Virus record (IMG/VR): IMGVR_UViG_3300044542_000402
Source: an uncultured virus (IMG/VR IMGVR_UViG_3300044542_000402)
Lineage: Duplodnaviria; Heunggongvirae; Uroviricota; Caudoviricetes; Herelleviridae
Direction: 5' to 3' (one strand)
DNA length: 64,000 nt
Positions 42,075 through 52,817 of the stretch are shown in pieces. A program made the translations under genes and the position numbers. The notes beneath the pieces were generated by a model, which was not told where the DNA came from, ran no database searches, and saw only the letters and a program-made list of their open reading frames with translations. Numbering within the stretch: the stretch's first letter is position 1; every line of letters starts with the position of its first letter.

Positions 42075-42807
42075 TCACCAGACCTCGAAGCCGTCGTGGT
42101 CGGTGGCCAGGCGCAGCCAGGCGATCCACTCGCTCCAGTATTCGCCGCCGATGGTGTCCCGGGTGTGTTCGTCGAGAGCTGGCGTGCTGGCCCCGGCCGC
42201 ACGGGCGTCCCAGGCCGCCAGGGCGGCGCGGATCTCGTCGGGGGTCACGATCCAGCCGTCGTTGGGGCACAGCTTGTGAATCGGAATGGTGTCCGGTTCG
42301 TTGGCGGCGTGGAAGGTCAGGAGAGGGCGTCGGGTTTGATTGTAAGTGGTTTCGTCATCGAAGTCGTCATGGTCGGGCCACGGATCTTCTGACGAGGTCG
42401 AGTTGTGGGCCATGTCCAGAGCGAGCATCGCATCGCGGTAGGTGCTCATTCTGTCGTCTTCTTGTCGGTACGCCGCCAGCCGTTCTTCTCGATGGCTGTG
42501 GCGATCGGCCAGGCCTCGTCGTGGGAGATGACGATGCCGAGCCTCGCCGCGGCGACCCGGATGGTCTCGATGAGGTCTCGTTCCTCAGCCCACTCCGGAT
42601 GGGCGTCGAGGACAGCCTGAATCTTCTTCCTGTCAGTCACAATCGGATCTCCTGTCCGTACTCACGAGTGATGTCGCGGTGCCACATGCGTCGTCCTTCG
42701 GTGCGGGTGCGTCCGTAGAACCGGGTTCTGCGCCGGTTGTGGGTGCAGTACTCGCAGTCGCAGCAGCGCCGCGTCAGATCAGCGAGGTGGTGAACGGGCC
42801 GGCTCAT
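42075..42807 (-). CDS. Three small hypothetical genes (42075-42449, 42446-42640, 42637-42807)
   Basis: Overlapping stop/start codons. Confidence 0.55.
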
Positions 42808-42968
42808 GATGTTCACCCCTGGTGTTCGTCGCGCAGGATCCCGGTGCCGCCATGACGCAGGATGATCAGATCCTCGTGGGGCCGGACAATGGTGTAGTCG
42901 TCGATGGCGACGGTGGAGTCGTGGTCGGGCGCGGGTCTCTCCTCGGGGTGTGCTGAACAGGTGCCGGG

Positions 42969-43226
42969 TCAGTCCCAGCGGCGGGTGGCGACGCGCTGGT
43001 AGCGGGTCCAGTCCTCGAACGGGACGCCGGTGGCTGCCTCCAGTCTGCGGGCCGTGACGGCACCGACGCCGATTGAGCCGGCGAGGATCGCGTCGAGGGT
43101 CGCAGGCCCGATCCCTGTGTTCAGGAGCCGAGCGACGGCCTGGACCGGGCCGGGCTGGCCGTTCATCCAGGCGCGCAGGCGCAGTCCCGGGGTCGCGGTC
43201 GCAGTGGTGATGACGGATGCGGTCAT
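42969..43226 (-). CDS. HigA/XRE-like HTH protein
   Basis: TPGLRLRAWM...LDAILAG...VTARRLEAATGVPFEDW. Confidence 0.6.
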   Translation of the reverse strand: MTASVITTATATPGLRLRAWMNGQPGPVQAVARLLNTGIGPATLDAILAGSIGVGAVTARRLEAATGVPFEDWTRYQRVATRRWD

Positions 43227-43669
43227 GACGGTCTCCTCGATCGATGTCAGAACACTGTGGTCAATGCCTCTCCCGGATCGACCCCGTCGATCTCCGGTCC
43301 GAGACGCCGGTCCCCCGTCCACCCGGAGGAGACGCCGGGCGGACGGGGGACCTGTGTGTGCGATGTTCGGTTGTCGGATTTGATTGTTCATGGAGTTGTG
43401 GCGACGGCCGGCCGGTGCGAATGATCCGCGTGGGTGCGGGTTCCACCGCGACGCGCCGTCGCCGGGTCCCCGTGCATGCGCGGGGACTGTTCCTGGGGGT
43501 CTGCGACCCGGAGCTGGGGGCCGGGATCGAACCGGCGACCTGCTGTACCACAGAGTCGATTCCGGAGCATCCAGTCATCAGGCGATCGATCTCGCTTCCA
43601 TCGCGCGATTCCAGCGGATCAGAGGAATTCGCACAGGGTCATCGGGGATCAGGAGGTACGCACGGAGGA

Positions 43670-44100
43670 TCACGCTTCGTGCGTACCATCGTGCGTACCC
43701 GCCAGCGCCGCGGCCATGGTGTCGGACATGGGGGTGAGATCGGTGAGGTCGGTGTACGACTGGCGGTTCTCGTCCTCGGTGTGGCCGAACGACGCCGACC
43801 GGACGTCGGCCGGGACGCCGAGGTTCATCGCGATGGTGTTGAGCGTGGCCCGCCATACGTGGGACCGGGCGGTGGCCAGCAGCTCAATGTCGAGGGCCTC
43901 GGCGGTGGCCACGTAGAGCTGGGCGATGGCCCGGGCCCGTTGGCGCTGCTCCCAGGTTTTCTCCGGCTTGGCCGGGGAGCCGATGACCGGGACGGTGGGG
44001 TCGTCGCCCTCGCGGGCCCGGATGCGGTCGGCCACCCGCTGGTCCAGCACGGGGACCGTCCGGGACTTGTGGGTCTTCGACAGCCCGGCGCGGACGGTGA
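43670..44100 (-). pseudogene. Tyrosine integrase C-terminal fragment
   Basis: SKTHKSRTVP (Lys), HVWR, FGH and SYT (Tyr); N-terminal part missing. Confidence 0.75.
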
Positions 44101-45538
44101 CCTGTACGACGACGAGGGCATGCCGGTCTGGGTCCGCGACGAGAACGGCGAGATCGTCCGCGACGAGAAGGGCCACCGCGTCCACGAGGTGAACACATGG
44201 ACCGACATGACGCCGGCCAAGCGGAAGGAGACACTGCGGCTCCTCCAGGTGATGGCCGACGAGGTGCGTAGGCAGTTCCCCGACTGCACGGTCCTGTTCG
44301 AGGCGATCCACCTCGACGAGACGAACCCGCATCTGCAGATGGGCATCGTGCCGACGACCGCCGACGGCCGGATCAACGCCCGCGAGGTGCTGGGCGGCGG
44401 GAAGGGGAAGAAGGCGGCTCAGGCCGCCTGGTCGCGTCGCCACGACGACATGCGCGAGAGGCTCCAGGAAGAGAACTACGACGCGACGATGATGCGCCTC
44501 GACCCAGACCCGAGCCGGCCCCGAAAGGACCTGAGGGGCTACAAGGAGGACCGGCGTCGGGCCGACGAGGAGGCCGAGGAACGGCGCGAGGAGCTGGAAC
44601 AGGCCCAGAAGCTGGAGGCCGATCTGGAGCCCCGACTCCGGCACGTGGCTGCAAAGGAGGCCGGTCTGAACGCCCAGCAGCGGCACATCGAGGCGGGCCA
44701 GACAATGATCGACACGAAGAAGGACGAGCTGCGGACCAGGGAGGCCGCCCTGGATGCCCGACAGGCCGGGCTCGATTCTCAGCGACTCTCGATCGAAGCG
44801 AGTCAACGAGCGCTCATCTCCGAGAAGGAGGACATCGACCGTCAGTGGGTCGAGATCAAGGCCGAGCGGGCGGCCGCGAGCGAGGCGGCGGCCGGGATCG
44901 CAGCTCAGGCCCGCCGAACGGCTACCGAGACGCTCTCAGAGGCCCGCAGACGGGCCGAAGAGTCCGATCTTGGGAGGTGGTTGCGGGAGCATGACCCAGA
45001 GGTGCTGCAAGCGTTCGAGGAGTCTCTGCGCCCGCCTCGTGGCCCCCGGAGCGTGGCTCTGCTCAGGGTGGACCGTCTCAAGGGTGAGAAGCGTCTGGGC
45101 CGGGAACTGCTGGCTGTGCCGGTGAAGTGGGCCGATGGTCGGCGTGACGTGCGCCTGGAGTTGCGGGCCGACGACCCGGCGGCCCGTGGGCAGGCCGGTC
45201 TGCAGATCGGCAAGTGGACGAAGCAGGGCCCGCTGAGGTCGGCCCACATGTCTGAGGGGGTGCAGGGCGAGATCAAGGCGGCCGCCGCCCCGATCCGGGT
45301 TGGGAAGACGGCTGTCTACCCGATCCGGGCCGACCTGACGACGTCGCTCATGACGGGGCTGACGGTCAAGCAGGGGACGGTGCGTCCGTCTCAGCTCCCG
45401 GCCGGTCCCGACGTGCTCGACCGTCAGCAGGACGCCGAGGAGTCCGTGCAGGCCCGCCAGGAACAGGCGCGGATGGCCGCGTATGCCGACGAGGACGACG
45501 ACCAGGACCAGACCGACGACGGTCCGGAGATGGAATGA
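44100..45538 (+). pseudogene. MOBV/Pre-type relaxase, 5'-truncated
   Basis: IHLDETNPHLQMGIVP followed by a long coiled coil; no N-terminal relaxase motifs. Confidence 0.7.
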
Positions 45539-46032
45539 TCTGCCCCGATGACCGCGACTTCGCCCTAGTCGGGATCGTTTCGCTCGTCGCGGTGGCCGGC
45601 TTGGGCCTGGAGAGGACCGCCCTGCACCCATCAGTCTTCCTCGCTACCGGATGTCACCAGAGTGGTCGGTCTGATCCTCGTGAATCTCCGGGCCGCCTAC
45701 AAGATTCAGGATCTGTTCGGCTCGGGCGCAGCACACTCTTGTCGAGCACCGAATCGGCCGCTCAGCGGCCTTGATGCCCTCCCTCGACACCCGACCGGTT
45801 CCTGGGCAGGCCCCAGATCCTGGCCATTCCATCAACAGCGCCAGCTACCACCGGATGGATGCCTCAGGAGGTCGATTCACTTATTTTGCTCAGATGAGCA
45901 ATGCTCCAGAAACCAGCACCGCCTGCGGACGAATATGAAAATCTAGGTCCGGTGGGCCACTCAACCACCACAATATGAGAATCAGACCGCCGCATCTGCG
46001 AGGTCGAATTCACTAGGCTAGGAGTATGAATT

Positions 46033-46386
46033 ATGCACTCTTCCACAAAGAAAACAGCACTTACGATCGCATCGGTACTCGCGCTCGCCGGAACGTCCGT
46101 CGCCATTCCTACCAACGTGGCTAGCGCGGCCGAGAGTGGAACCCATAAGGTCAGCTGCACTGGAGCACACCATGTACTTGTCCTTAGCTCCACCCATGGA
46201 AGGTACTGCTATCAGGGGTCTGGCAGTATATCCGTCTCCATCTCGAACGTGTACTCCTATGAGTCTTCAGTGAGTGGTCACATGTGGGTAGCGACCACAT
46301 CATCTGGATGGTACAGCGTGAACTTCTACAACGGTGATACCAAGTCCCCAGTCTGGTCGCGTGTGTCGTCCATCTCCATCAACTAA
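46033..46386 (+). CDS. Small secreted Cys-containing protein, possibly killer-toxin/beta-gamma-crystallin-like
   Basis: AGGAG RBS, Sec signal ending ASA, two Cys, beta-rich YCYQGSGSISVSISNV. Confidence 0.6.
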   Translation: MHSSTKKTALTIASVLALAGTSVAIPTNVASAAESGTHKVSCTGAHHVLVLSSTHGRYCYQGSGSISVSISNVYSYESSVSGHMWVATTSSGWYSVNFYNGDTKSPVWSRVSSISIN

Positions 46387-46536
46387 AGGAACATCACCGT
46401 TCACCTCAGATGGCGGAGCGCAGCGCCCACTAAGTCGGAGCTGCGCTCTGTCCGCGTCTGGTACGCTTGGTTCAAGTCCATCGCAGGTAAGAGCTCGCAG
46501 CGAGATGGGCTACGCCGCTTTGAGGAAGGTGTATCG

Positions 46537-47343
46537 ATGAGCGAACCGCACTACTCGCGTCGCCAAGCACTGCACGCCCAGCAGGATGCCGAGGTCAGAG
46601 CCGCCAAGCGCAAGAAGCTTTTCGCGATCATCGGCGGGCTCGTGGTGGTGATCGCCGTCATTGCGGCCGCGATTGGAGTTGTCAACCATCACCGTTCCGA
46701 CGCCGCAGTGGCTTCTGGAGTCACGAGTGCTCAGATCACGCCTCCCGATGGGGACGCTAGAACGGGCATCTACACAGTGAATTCGAAGACCGCCAAGGAA
46801 AACGCACCAACTCTGACTCTCTATGAGGATTATCAGTGCCCGAACTGTAAACAGGCCGAGGAGACCTATGGCCCGGCTATTCAGTCACTGGCGGCCAGCG
46901 GAGATATCAAGCTCCAGTACAGGACACTGACCTTTCTTGACAACAATTATCAGGGCGGTTCGTCATATCGTGCCGCTATGGCTGCGGCGTCGGCTGACAC
47001 GGTTGGGAAGCTTGAGGCCTACCACCGAGTTGTGTACGCTCACCAGCCAGATGAAGGTGTCGGGTTCACTGATGATCAGCTGCGCAACGTGTACGCACGT
47101 GAGGCGGGTATTACAGGGGCGGATCTAGCCAAGTTTCAGAGGTACTACGACACCAAGGCAACCTCCACGTTCGTCAAGAAGGCGGCCTCGGAAGGCCTAA
47201 AGGCTGGCTCGAAGCTCGATAGTCAGTTCGGCACTCCCTTCTTCACGGTGAACGGTAAGAAGTACACCGACTGGCAGACGCTCTCCACCCCGACACCGTC
47301 CAGTCTGTTGGCCTCCATCAAGAAGGCCGCCAATAGCGGCTGA
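46537..47343 (+). CDS. Membrane-anchored DsbA-family thiol-disulfide oxidoreductase
   Basis: TM helix, YEDYQCPNCK, GTPFF cis-Pro loop. Confidence 0.88.
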   Translation: MSEPHYSRRQALHAQQDAEVRAAKRKKLFAIIGGLVVVIAVIAAAIGVVNHHRSDAAVASGVTSAQITPPDGDARTGIYTVNSKTAKENAPTLTLYEDYQCPNCKQAEETYGPAIQSLAASGDIKLQYRTLTFLDNNYQGGSSYRAAMAAASADTVGKLEAYHRVVYAHQPDEGVGFTDDQLRNVYAREAGITGADLAKFQRYYDTKATSTFVKKAASEGLKAGSKLDSQFGTPFFTVNGKKYTDWQTLSTPTPSSLLASIKKAANSG

Positions 47344-47643
47344 GTTGCAGAGCATCTTCCCTAGTCACCGCTCATGCTCATTGGGTCACTTCTTGCGGGG
47401 CGGCCCTAGTGTCCAAGATGGGGTAAGGCCAGATGGCCCATGGTGCGGCCGTGGAGTCCGCGAACACCGCCCAGTAGAGGGCCCGTGGCCCCGCGGCCGC
47501 CGGCCTCACTGACGACGACCAAGATCAGCCCAATGATGGACCTGAGCTGGGATGAATGAGTACTTATGTGAGTACCACCCTTATCAGCGCATCTCCGAGA
47601 AAGCTACCGACTCGCTACTTGAGCCCGCAATGACGCAATTCAC

Positions 47644-47719
47644 TGGAGCCGGGGGCCGGGATCGAACCGGCGACCTGCTGTTTACGAGACAGCCGCTCTA
47701 CCTGTTGAGCTACCTCGGC
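47644..47719 (-). tRNA. tRNA-Thr(CGT)
   Basis: Canonical 76-nt cloverleaf GCCGAGG...GCTGT-CTCGTAA-ACAGC...GTTCGAT...CCCCGGC-T-CCA. Confidence 0.92.
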
Positions 47720-47760
47720 GCGGAACCTCTCGCAGTGCTGCGAGGGGTCCGGGTGCCGTC

Positions 47761-48180
47761 TCAGACGGTGGCCTCGAGCTCGGGATCGGCGGCGGCCGCG
47801 GTGGTGGCGGCGGCGACACGGGCCGCGAGACGGTCGGCCACGATCTTCCTGGAGTCGAGGAACTTGACGCGGTCGGGCTCGACGGTCGGCTCGTAGACGT
47901 CCTGGCCGTTCTTGACATAGTGGTCGATCCTGAGCGCACCGGTGATCGTCACCAGGTCGCCCTTGTGAAGGTGGCTCCACAGCTTGAGGTAGACGTCTTG
48001 GGAGGCCACGTATGTCTTGAACGGGATGGCGTCGGAGCCGACGCCGTGCTTGTCGGTGTAGGTGCGGTCGGCCATGACCGTGAATCGTACGGTGGCCGAT
48101 CCGTTGCTGTTCGGGAAGACCCTGGGGTCGCTGGCCAGCCGGCCGGTGATGACGACGGTGTTGGAGGGGTTGGCGCTCAT
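47761..48180 (-). CDS. ssb: Single-stranded DNA-binding protein (copy 2)
   Basis: Close paralog of 30097-30507. Confidence 0.85.
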   Translation of the reverse strand: MSANPSNTVVITGRLASDPRVFPNSNGSATVRFTVMADRTYTDKHGVGSDAIPFKTYVASQDVYLKLWSHLHKGDLVTITGALRIDHYVKNGQDVYEPTVEPDRVKFLDSRKIVADRLAARVAAATTAAAADPELEATV

Positions 48181-48327
48181 GAGGTGCTCCTGGGAGGTGT
48201 GTGGAGGTTTCTGTGATGACTGTGGTCATCTGTTGTCCCGGATCAGCTCCTGCTGATGGGACCCCGTCACGGTGCGTGACGGTGTGCTTTCTGCTCTGCC
48301 CCGCGTCATCTGCGATGACGCCGGTCC

Positions 48328-48401
48328 GGTGATCCCTGACGGAGTCGAACCGCCGACCCCCCTACCCATCGGGGGAAGTGATGCCGTTTCAACAGAGGAT
48401 C
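48328..48401 (-). ncRNA. Degenerate tRNA-like sequence
   Basis: Acceptor GATCCT/GGGATC-A-CC, T arm GGCGG-TTCGACT-CCGTC; irregular D and anticodon arms. Confidence 0.45.
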
Positions 48402-48626
48402 TTGGGGGCGGTCCTCCCGCGGCCTGACGGTGCGCGGGAGGACCTGGATGCGTGTATGGCTGTACGAAGCATCCCGTTTCTTCCCCGGATCAGACTCTGT
48501 CTGATCCACCGCTCACTGACCCGTTGGTCATCAGCACGCCCTCTCGCCCGCCGCACTCCCGGAATGGACGAGAGGTCCTGCTCCGGTGTGGAGCAGGACC
48601 TCTCGCGGGTCTCGTGTGCTGATGTG

Positions 48627-50273
48627 TCAGACGGGCCATTGCGCCCAGAACAGGACGGCCGCTCCCTCGGGCAGGTGTTTCAGGCAGGCCGCCTTCGCCT
48701 CATCCCAGGTCCCGGCCGCTGCGTGGATCGTCGTCTTCTCGCACTCGTCGGTGTCCTGGTGGACTATGGTGCCGTCCTCGGCGGTCGACAGGCGGTCCAG
48801 GGCGATGCGGGCGTAGGCGGTGATCACCCTCTCAGGCTACCGGTGGTGCTCCGGAGGCGTGTCCGTACCGGGTTGCGCGGACGGGTTGCCGATGGCCTGG
48901 TCGTCCAGATAGGCATCGAGGTCCATGAGGCGCTGGAGTTGCTCGTCCATCGTGGCGTCGGCGGGGGGCTCCTCGGCCAGGTGCGCCGTGAAGTCCCCGA
49001 GGTCGACGGTCTCGCCGCGCCGGGACTGCTCCAGCCCGGCGGCCAGCAGTTCACGGAATCTGTCGTGATCGGTCATGTCTTCATCTCTTTCTTCCAGTGG
49101 TGGCGATCAGAGGTTCTCGGCGAGGATCCTGTAGGTGCCCGGTTCGGTGAGCATGAGATCGTCGCGGACACGGACAGCCTCGAAGATCTCCTCGGTCTCG
49201 GCGGACACCCGCACGATGGATCGGTGCATCATGACGCCGCCACCGTTACGGGTCCGGGACACGGGCAGGGATGTCGGTCATGCCGGTTCTCTCTGTGAAG
49301 GTGGGGGCGGGGATGCGCCCGTGTGTCCTGGGGTGGCGGGTTCACAGCGGGGTACTACGTGCGACGTGTTCTAGATGAGGTCGTGGCTCGCGATGACGTC
49401 GGGCAGGGTGAACCCGATGATCACGGCCAGGGCGACGGCCAGGCCGCCGAGAGCCGCCACGGCGGCCATGCGGTGATCAGAGGACAGCCCGGTGGCGGTC
49501 CGGGCCGACCAGGCGGCGTGCGCCGCGGTGATCGAACCGGCCGTCTCCAGGACCACGGCGAACCAGGTGGTGATCATGCGAGGCCGGCCTGTGTGGCCGG
49601 CGTCAGCAGGGCCAGGGCGATGATGACGGCCAGGGCCACGAGGAGTCCGGCGGTGACGATCCAGCGGTACCCGGACGTCACCGCCACCCCGCCCGCCAGG
49701 ATCGTGTAGACGGTGCTCACGATCGCGATGATCATGGTCGGTCCCGCGCTCATCGCTCCGGTCCGTTCCCGTGGGTGGTCCGGATCGTCGACGGACCGGT
49801 GATCCCCGAGTCGCCCCGGTCCATCTCGTGCCTGCGACGGAGTGCGGCCAGTTCGTCGCGGGTCGCCACGGCCCCGGGGCGGGCCGGGCGCTCCTCGAGG
49901 GCCCGGACACCGGTCATCGGCCGATGATCCGTCAGACGGGCCTCCAGCGATCGGTGGCGGGCGACGACCGGGGCGATGACGGCGATCCCCATGAGGATCA
50001 GCAGGACCCAGGACTGCAGGGGGCTGAGTGGCATCACGGCGCTCACCCCTCCCCGATGATGCGGATGTCGTAGTCGAAGGAGGACTCCGGGTCGCCCAGG
50101 CCCCGGTTCAGGTCCTCCAGGTGCAGCAGGCGTGCGAGCACCTGCTCGGCCTGCCGGCGGGTGCAGCCGTCGATCGAGACGGTGAACGGGTGCTCGCCCA
50201 CCGGATCGTCGGGTACGGACGTCGGAGCGGCCGGAGCCGTGAGCACCGTTCCCGGTGCGATGAGAGCAGTCAT
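48627..50273 (-). CDS. Run of small hypothetical and membrane genes (48627-48827, 48837-49076, 49371-49577, 49750-50046, 50043-about 50273 and others)
   Basis: Co-oriented short ORFs, several hydrophobic. Confidence 0.45.
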
Positions 50274-50488
50274 GATGCGGACTTTCGTGACGAGGGTGTG
50301 GGGCCGTCGGTCGAGCGGCCTGTCACGGGCCGGCCCGGACCCGGTGCCCCGGGTCCCTCGGGGATGATCATCCCTGAGCCTTTCTCCATGATCCGCATCG
50401 TATTCCAATCAGCATTCTGATACTGTTCTCATGGTCACATCCGTGTCCGTTCCGACTGGAGACGGATCATCGCGAAGGAAGGTCATTC

Positions 50489-52732
50489 ATGACGAGTCGT
50501 ACCGCTACTACGATCCATTCGGGGGGAGGTGGCACGCACTCGACCTCTACGAGGTCGACGGCCGGTCTGCTGGCTCTGCTCATGGGCTCGGCGGCACTGG
50601 TCGGCACCGGTGCGATCAACCTCCATCAGGCTCCTGAGGCGCACGCCGCCGCCACCATCCCGACCGTGGACTGCTCCACCGACAAGTCCTTCATCAACAC
50701 CGGATGGAACGGGTCGAAGGTTCTCGGCAAGAACACGGACGATGACAACTGGGAGGTGTCCTACAACACCGATCCCACTAAGGGCTATGGCTGGCCGAAC
50801 GGCACCGGCTCGACTATCGCCCTGCCGCCGTCGGACGCCACATGGCATCCCGCCAAGGTCGGGAAGATGTCGAGCGGCTGGGCCGCCTCGCCCTACAAGA
50901 ACGCCAACTGGATCAGCGCCCAGTTCACCCCCATCGACAAGGGGTACACGAACAATCAGGCCGTGCCCGCCGGGCAGGACGAGTCGCGGGCGGACTGGTA
51001 CTACCGCTATCAGTTCAACCTCGACCCTGCAGTGGACCCCCAGGTCGTCGACCTGTCGGCCACCTGGTTCGCCGACAACTCGGTGGCTGGGCTGTGGGTC
51101 AACGGCCATCAGGAGGTCACCGGCAGCACCGACTACGCCTCGAAGAACTACGCGAAGGGCAATGGCACCTCCGCCCACCTCAATAAGGACTGGAAGTCCG
51201 GTCTCAACACGATCATCGTCCAGGTGAAGTCCAACGCCATCACCCACGGTGCCGAGGGCTTCGACGCCCAGACCGAGCCCGGCTCGCTGTGCACCACCGG
51301 GTTCCAGGTCTCCAAGATCGTCAAGGGTACCGATGCGCACGGCAACGCGTCCCCCGGGACCAAGCTCACCTATGACATCGCCGTGAAGAACACCGGTCAG
51401 GCCGACTACACGGCCGACGATCCGGCCTCGTTCACCGACGACCTGTCGAAGGTCCTCGACGACGCCACCTACAACAAGGACGTCTCGAACGGTGCGACTG
51501 TAGACGGCAACAAGCTCTCGTGGAAGGGGGCCCTCAAGCGGGGTGAGACCACACACATCACCTACTCGGTGACGGTCAACACCCCCGACAAGGGTGACAT
51601 GAAGCTCGACAACGCCGTGGTCCCGGGTACCGGCGGTCACTGCACCACGTCGGCAGACTGCACCACCGACGTGCCCGTCGGCGGCTTCACCGTGGCCAAG
51701 ACCTCGGCGGAGATCATCAAGTCCGACGGATCATCGGCCTGGGCGTCGCCGGCCCCGACTCCCTCCGCCTCGCCGTCGTCCGCCACGTCGACCTCGACAC
51801 ACCGTCTGGTGGCCGGTGATGCCATCAAGTACACCGTCACCGTGACCAACACCGGCAAGACCGACTACACGGCCAGCGATCCGGCGAGTTTCACCGATGA
51901 CCTCTCCAAGGTCACCGATGACGCGACATACAACAAGGACGCCACCGGCGGGGCCACCGTCTCCGGCACCACGCTGTCCTGGAAGGGCGCGCTGGCGCAG
52001 GGCGAGTCGAGGACCATCACCTATTCGGTGACGGTCAACAAGCCCGAGAAGGGCAACTACTCGGCTGACAACACCGTGACCCCCGGCAAGGGCGGCTCCT
52101 GCGCCACCGGCAAGGTGTGCGCGACGAGCAACCCCATCCACGCCTACACGGTCCGCAAGTCCTCGGACAAGAAGACCGTCAAGGCCGGCGAGGTCATCAA
52201 GTACACCCTGACGGTGAAGAACACCGGAAAGGGCGACTACACCGCCGACTGGCCCGCCACCTTCACCGATGACCTCTCCAAGGTCACCGATGACGCGACA
52301 TACAACAAGGACGCCACCGGCGGGGCCACCGTCTCCGGCACCACGCTGTCCTGGAAGGGCGCGCTGGCGCAGGGCGAGACCAAGGTCATCACCTACTCGT
52401 TCACGCTCAACAACCCCATCAAGGGCGACAAGAGGCTCACGAACGTCGTGACCCCCACCGGTCCCGGCGGATCGTGCGACACCGTGTGCACGACCACGGC
52501 CACGGTGCCCCCGACACCGGCCGCACCCCCGTCGACGCCCTCGGCCACCCCGACACCGGCCGCACCCCCGTCGACGCCCTCGGCCACCCCGACCCCTGGT
52601 GCTGGGATCAACGCCGGCGATCCGACCGGTCATGACGGCTGGGGTCCGATGGCCGGCCTGGGTGCCGGTGTTATCGCCCTCGGCCTGGGTGCCGGAGGCT
52701 ACGGCATCTACCGTCGCCGTCACGCCGCCTGA
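50489..52732 (+). CDS. Cell-wall-anchored surface protein with three Ig-like (DUF11-type) repeats
   Basis: Signal peptide, three YT(V/L)TVxNTG...FTDDLSKV.DDATYN repeats, Pro/Thr stalk, INAG + TM + RRRH sorting-like tail. Confidence 0.85.
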   Translation: MTSRTATTIHSGGGGTHSTSTRSTAGLLALLMGSAALVGTGAINLHQAPEAHAAATIPTVDCSTDKSFINTGWNGSKVLGKNTDDDNWEVSYNTDPTKGYGWPNGTGSTIALPPSDATWHPAKVGKMSSGWAASPYKNANWISAQFTPIDKGYTNNQAVPAGQDESRADWYYRYQFNLDPAVDPQVVDLSATWFADNSVAGLWVNGHQEVTGSTDYASKNYAKGNGTSAHLNKDWKSGLNTIIVQVKSNAITHGAEGFDAQTEPGSLCTTGFQVSKIVKGTDAHGNASPGTKLTYDIAVKNTGQADYTADDPASFTDDLSKVLDDATYNKDVSNGATVDGNKLSWKGALKRGETTHITYSVTVNTPDKGDMKLDNAVVPGTGGHCTTSADCTTDVPVGGFTVAKTSAEIIKSDGSSAWASPAPTPSASPSSATSTSTHRLVAGDAIKYTVTVTNTGKTDYTASDPASFTDDLSKVTDDATYNKDATGGATVSGTTLSWKGALAQGESRTITYSVTVNKPEKGNYSADNTVTPGKGGSCATGKVCATSNPIHAYTVRKSSDKKTVKAGEVIKYTLTVKNTGKGDYTADWPATFTDDLSKVTDDATYNKDATGGATVSGTTLSWKGALAQGETKVITYSFTLNNPIKGDKRLTNVVTPTGPGGSCDTVCTTTATVPPTPAAPPSTPSATPTPAAPPSTPSATPTPGAGINAGDPTGHDGWGPMAGLGAGVIALGLGAGGYGIYRRRHAA

Positions 52733-52757
52733 TCCGACGGACGGATCCTGATCCGCC

Positions 52758-52811
52758 CCGGACGACGAGGAGCCCCGCCACCGAATGATGGCGGGGCTCC
52801 TCGTCGTCCGG
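52758..52811. terminator. Bidirectional stem-loop between convergent genes
   Basis: ccggacgacgaggagccccgcca...tggcggggctcctcgtcgtccgg. Confidence 0.7.
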
Positions 52812-52817
52812 CGATCC

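Larger units (their letters stand above)
43510..47681. mobile_element. Decayed integrative mobilisable element inserted in the 3' half of tRNA-Thr
   Basis: 37-bp direct repeats (43510-43546 and 47645-47681, one mismatch) matching the tRNA 3' end; contains integrase and relaxase remnants and lower-GC cargo. Confidence 0.85.

Noticed and set aside
43244..45538. 764-aa ORF read as a full-length relaxase
   Set aside because: Its first part is the antisense of the integrase remnant and att site; only the part after about 44100 resembles MOBV.
117..50273. Prophage
   Set aside because: No capsid, terminase, tail or lysis genes seen; partition, topoisomerase and conjugation genes favour a plasmid-type element.
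21011..50356. Dispersed hairpins as integron attC sites or CRISPR repeats
   Set aside because: No RYYYAAC/GTTRRRY boxes, no intact integron integrase, and no regular repeat-spacer period.
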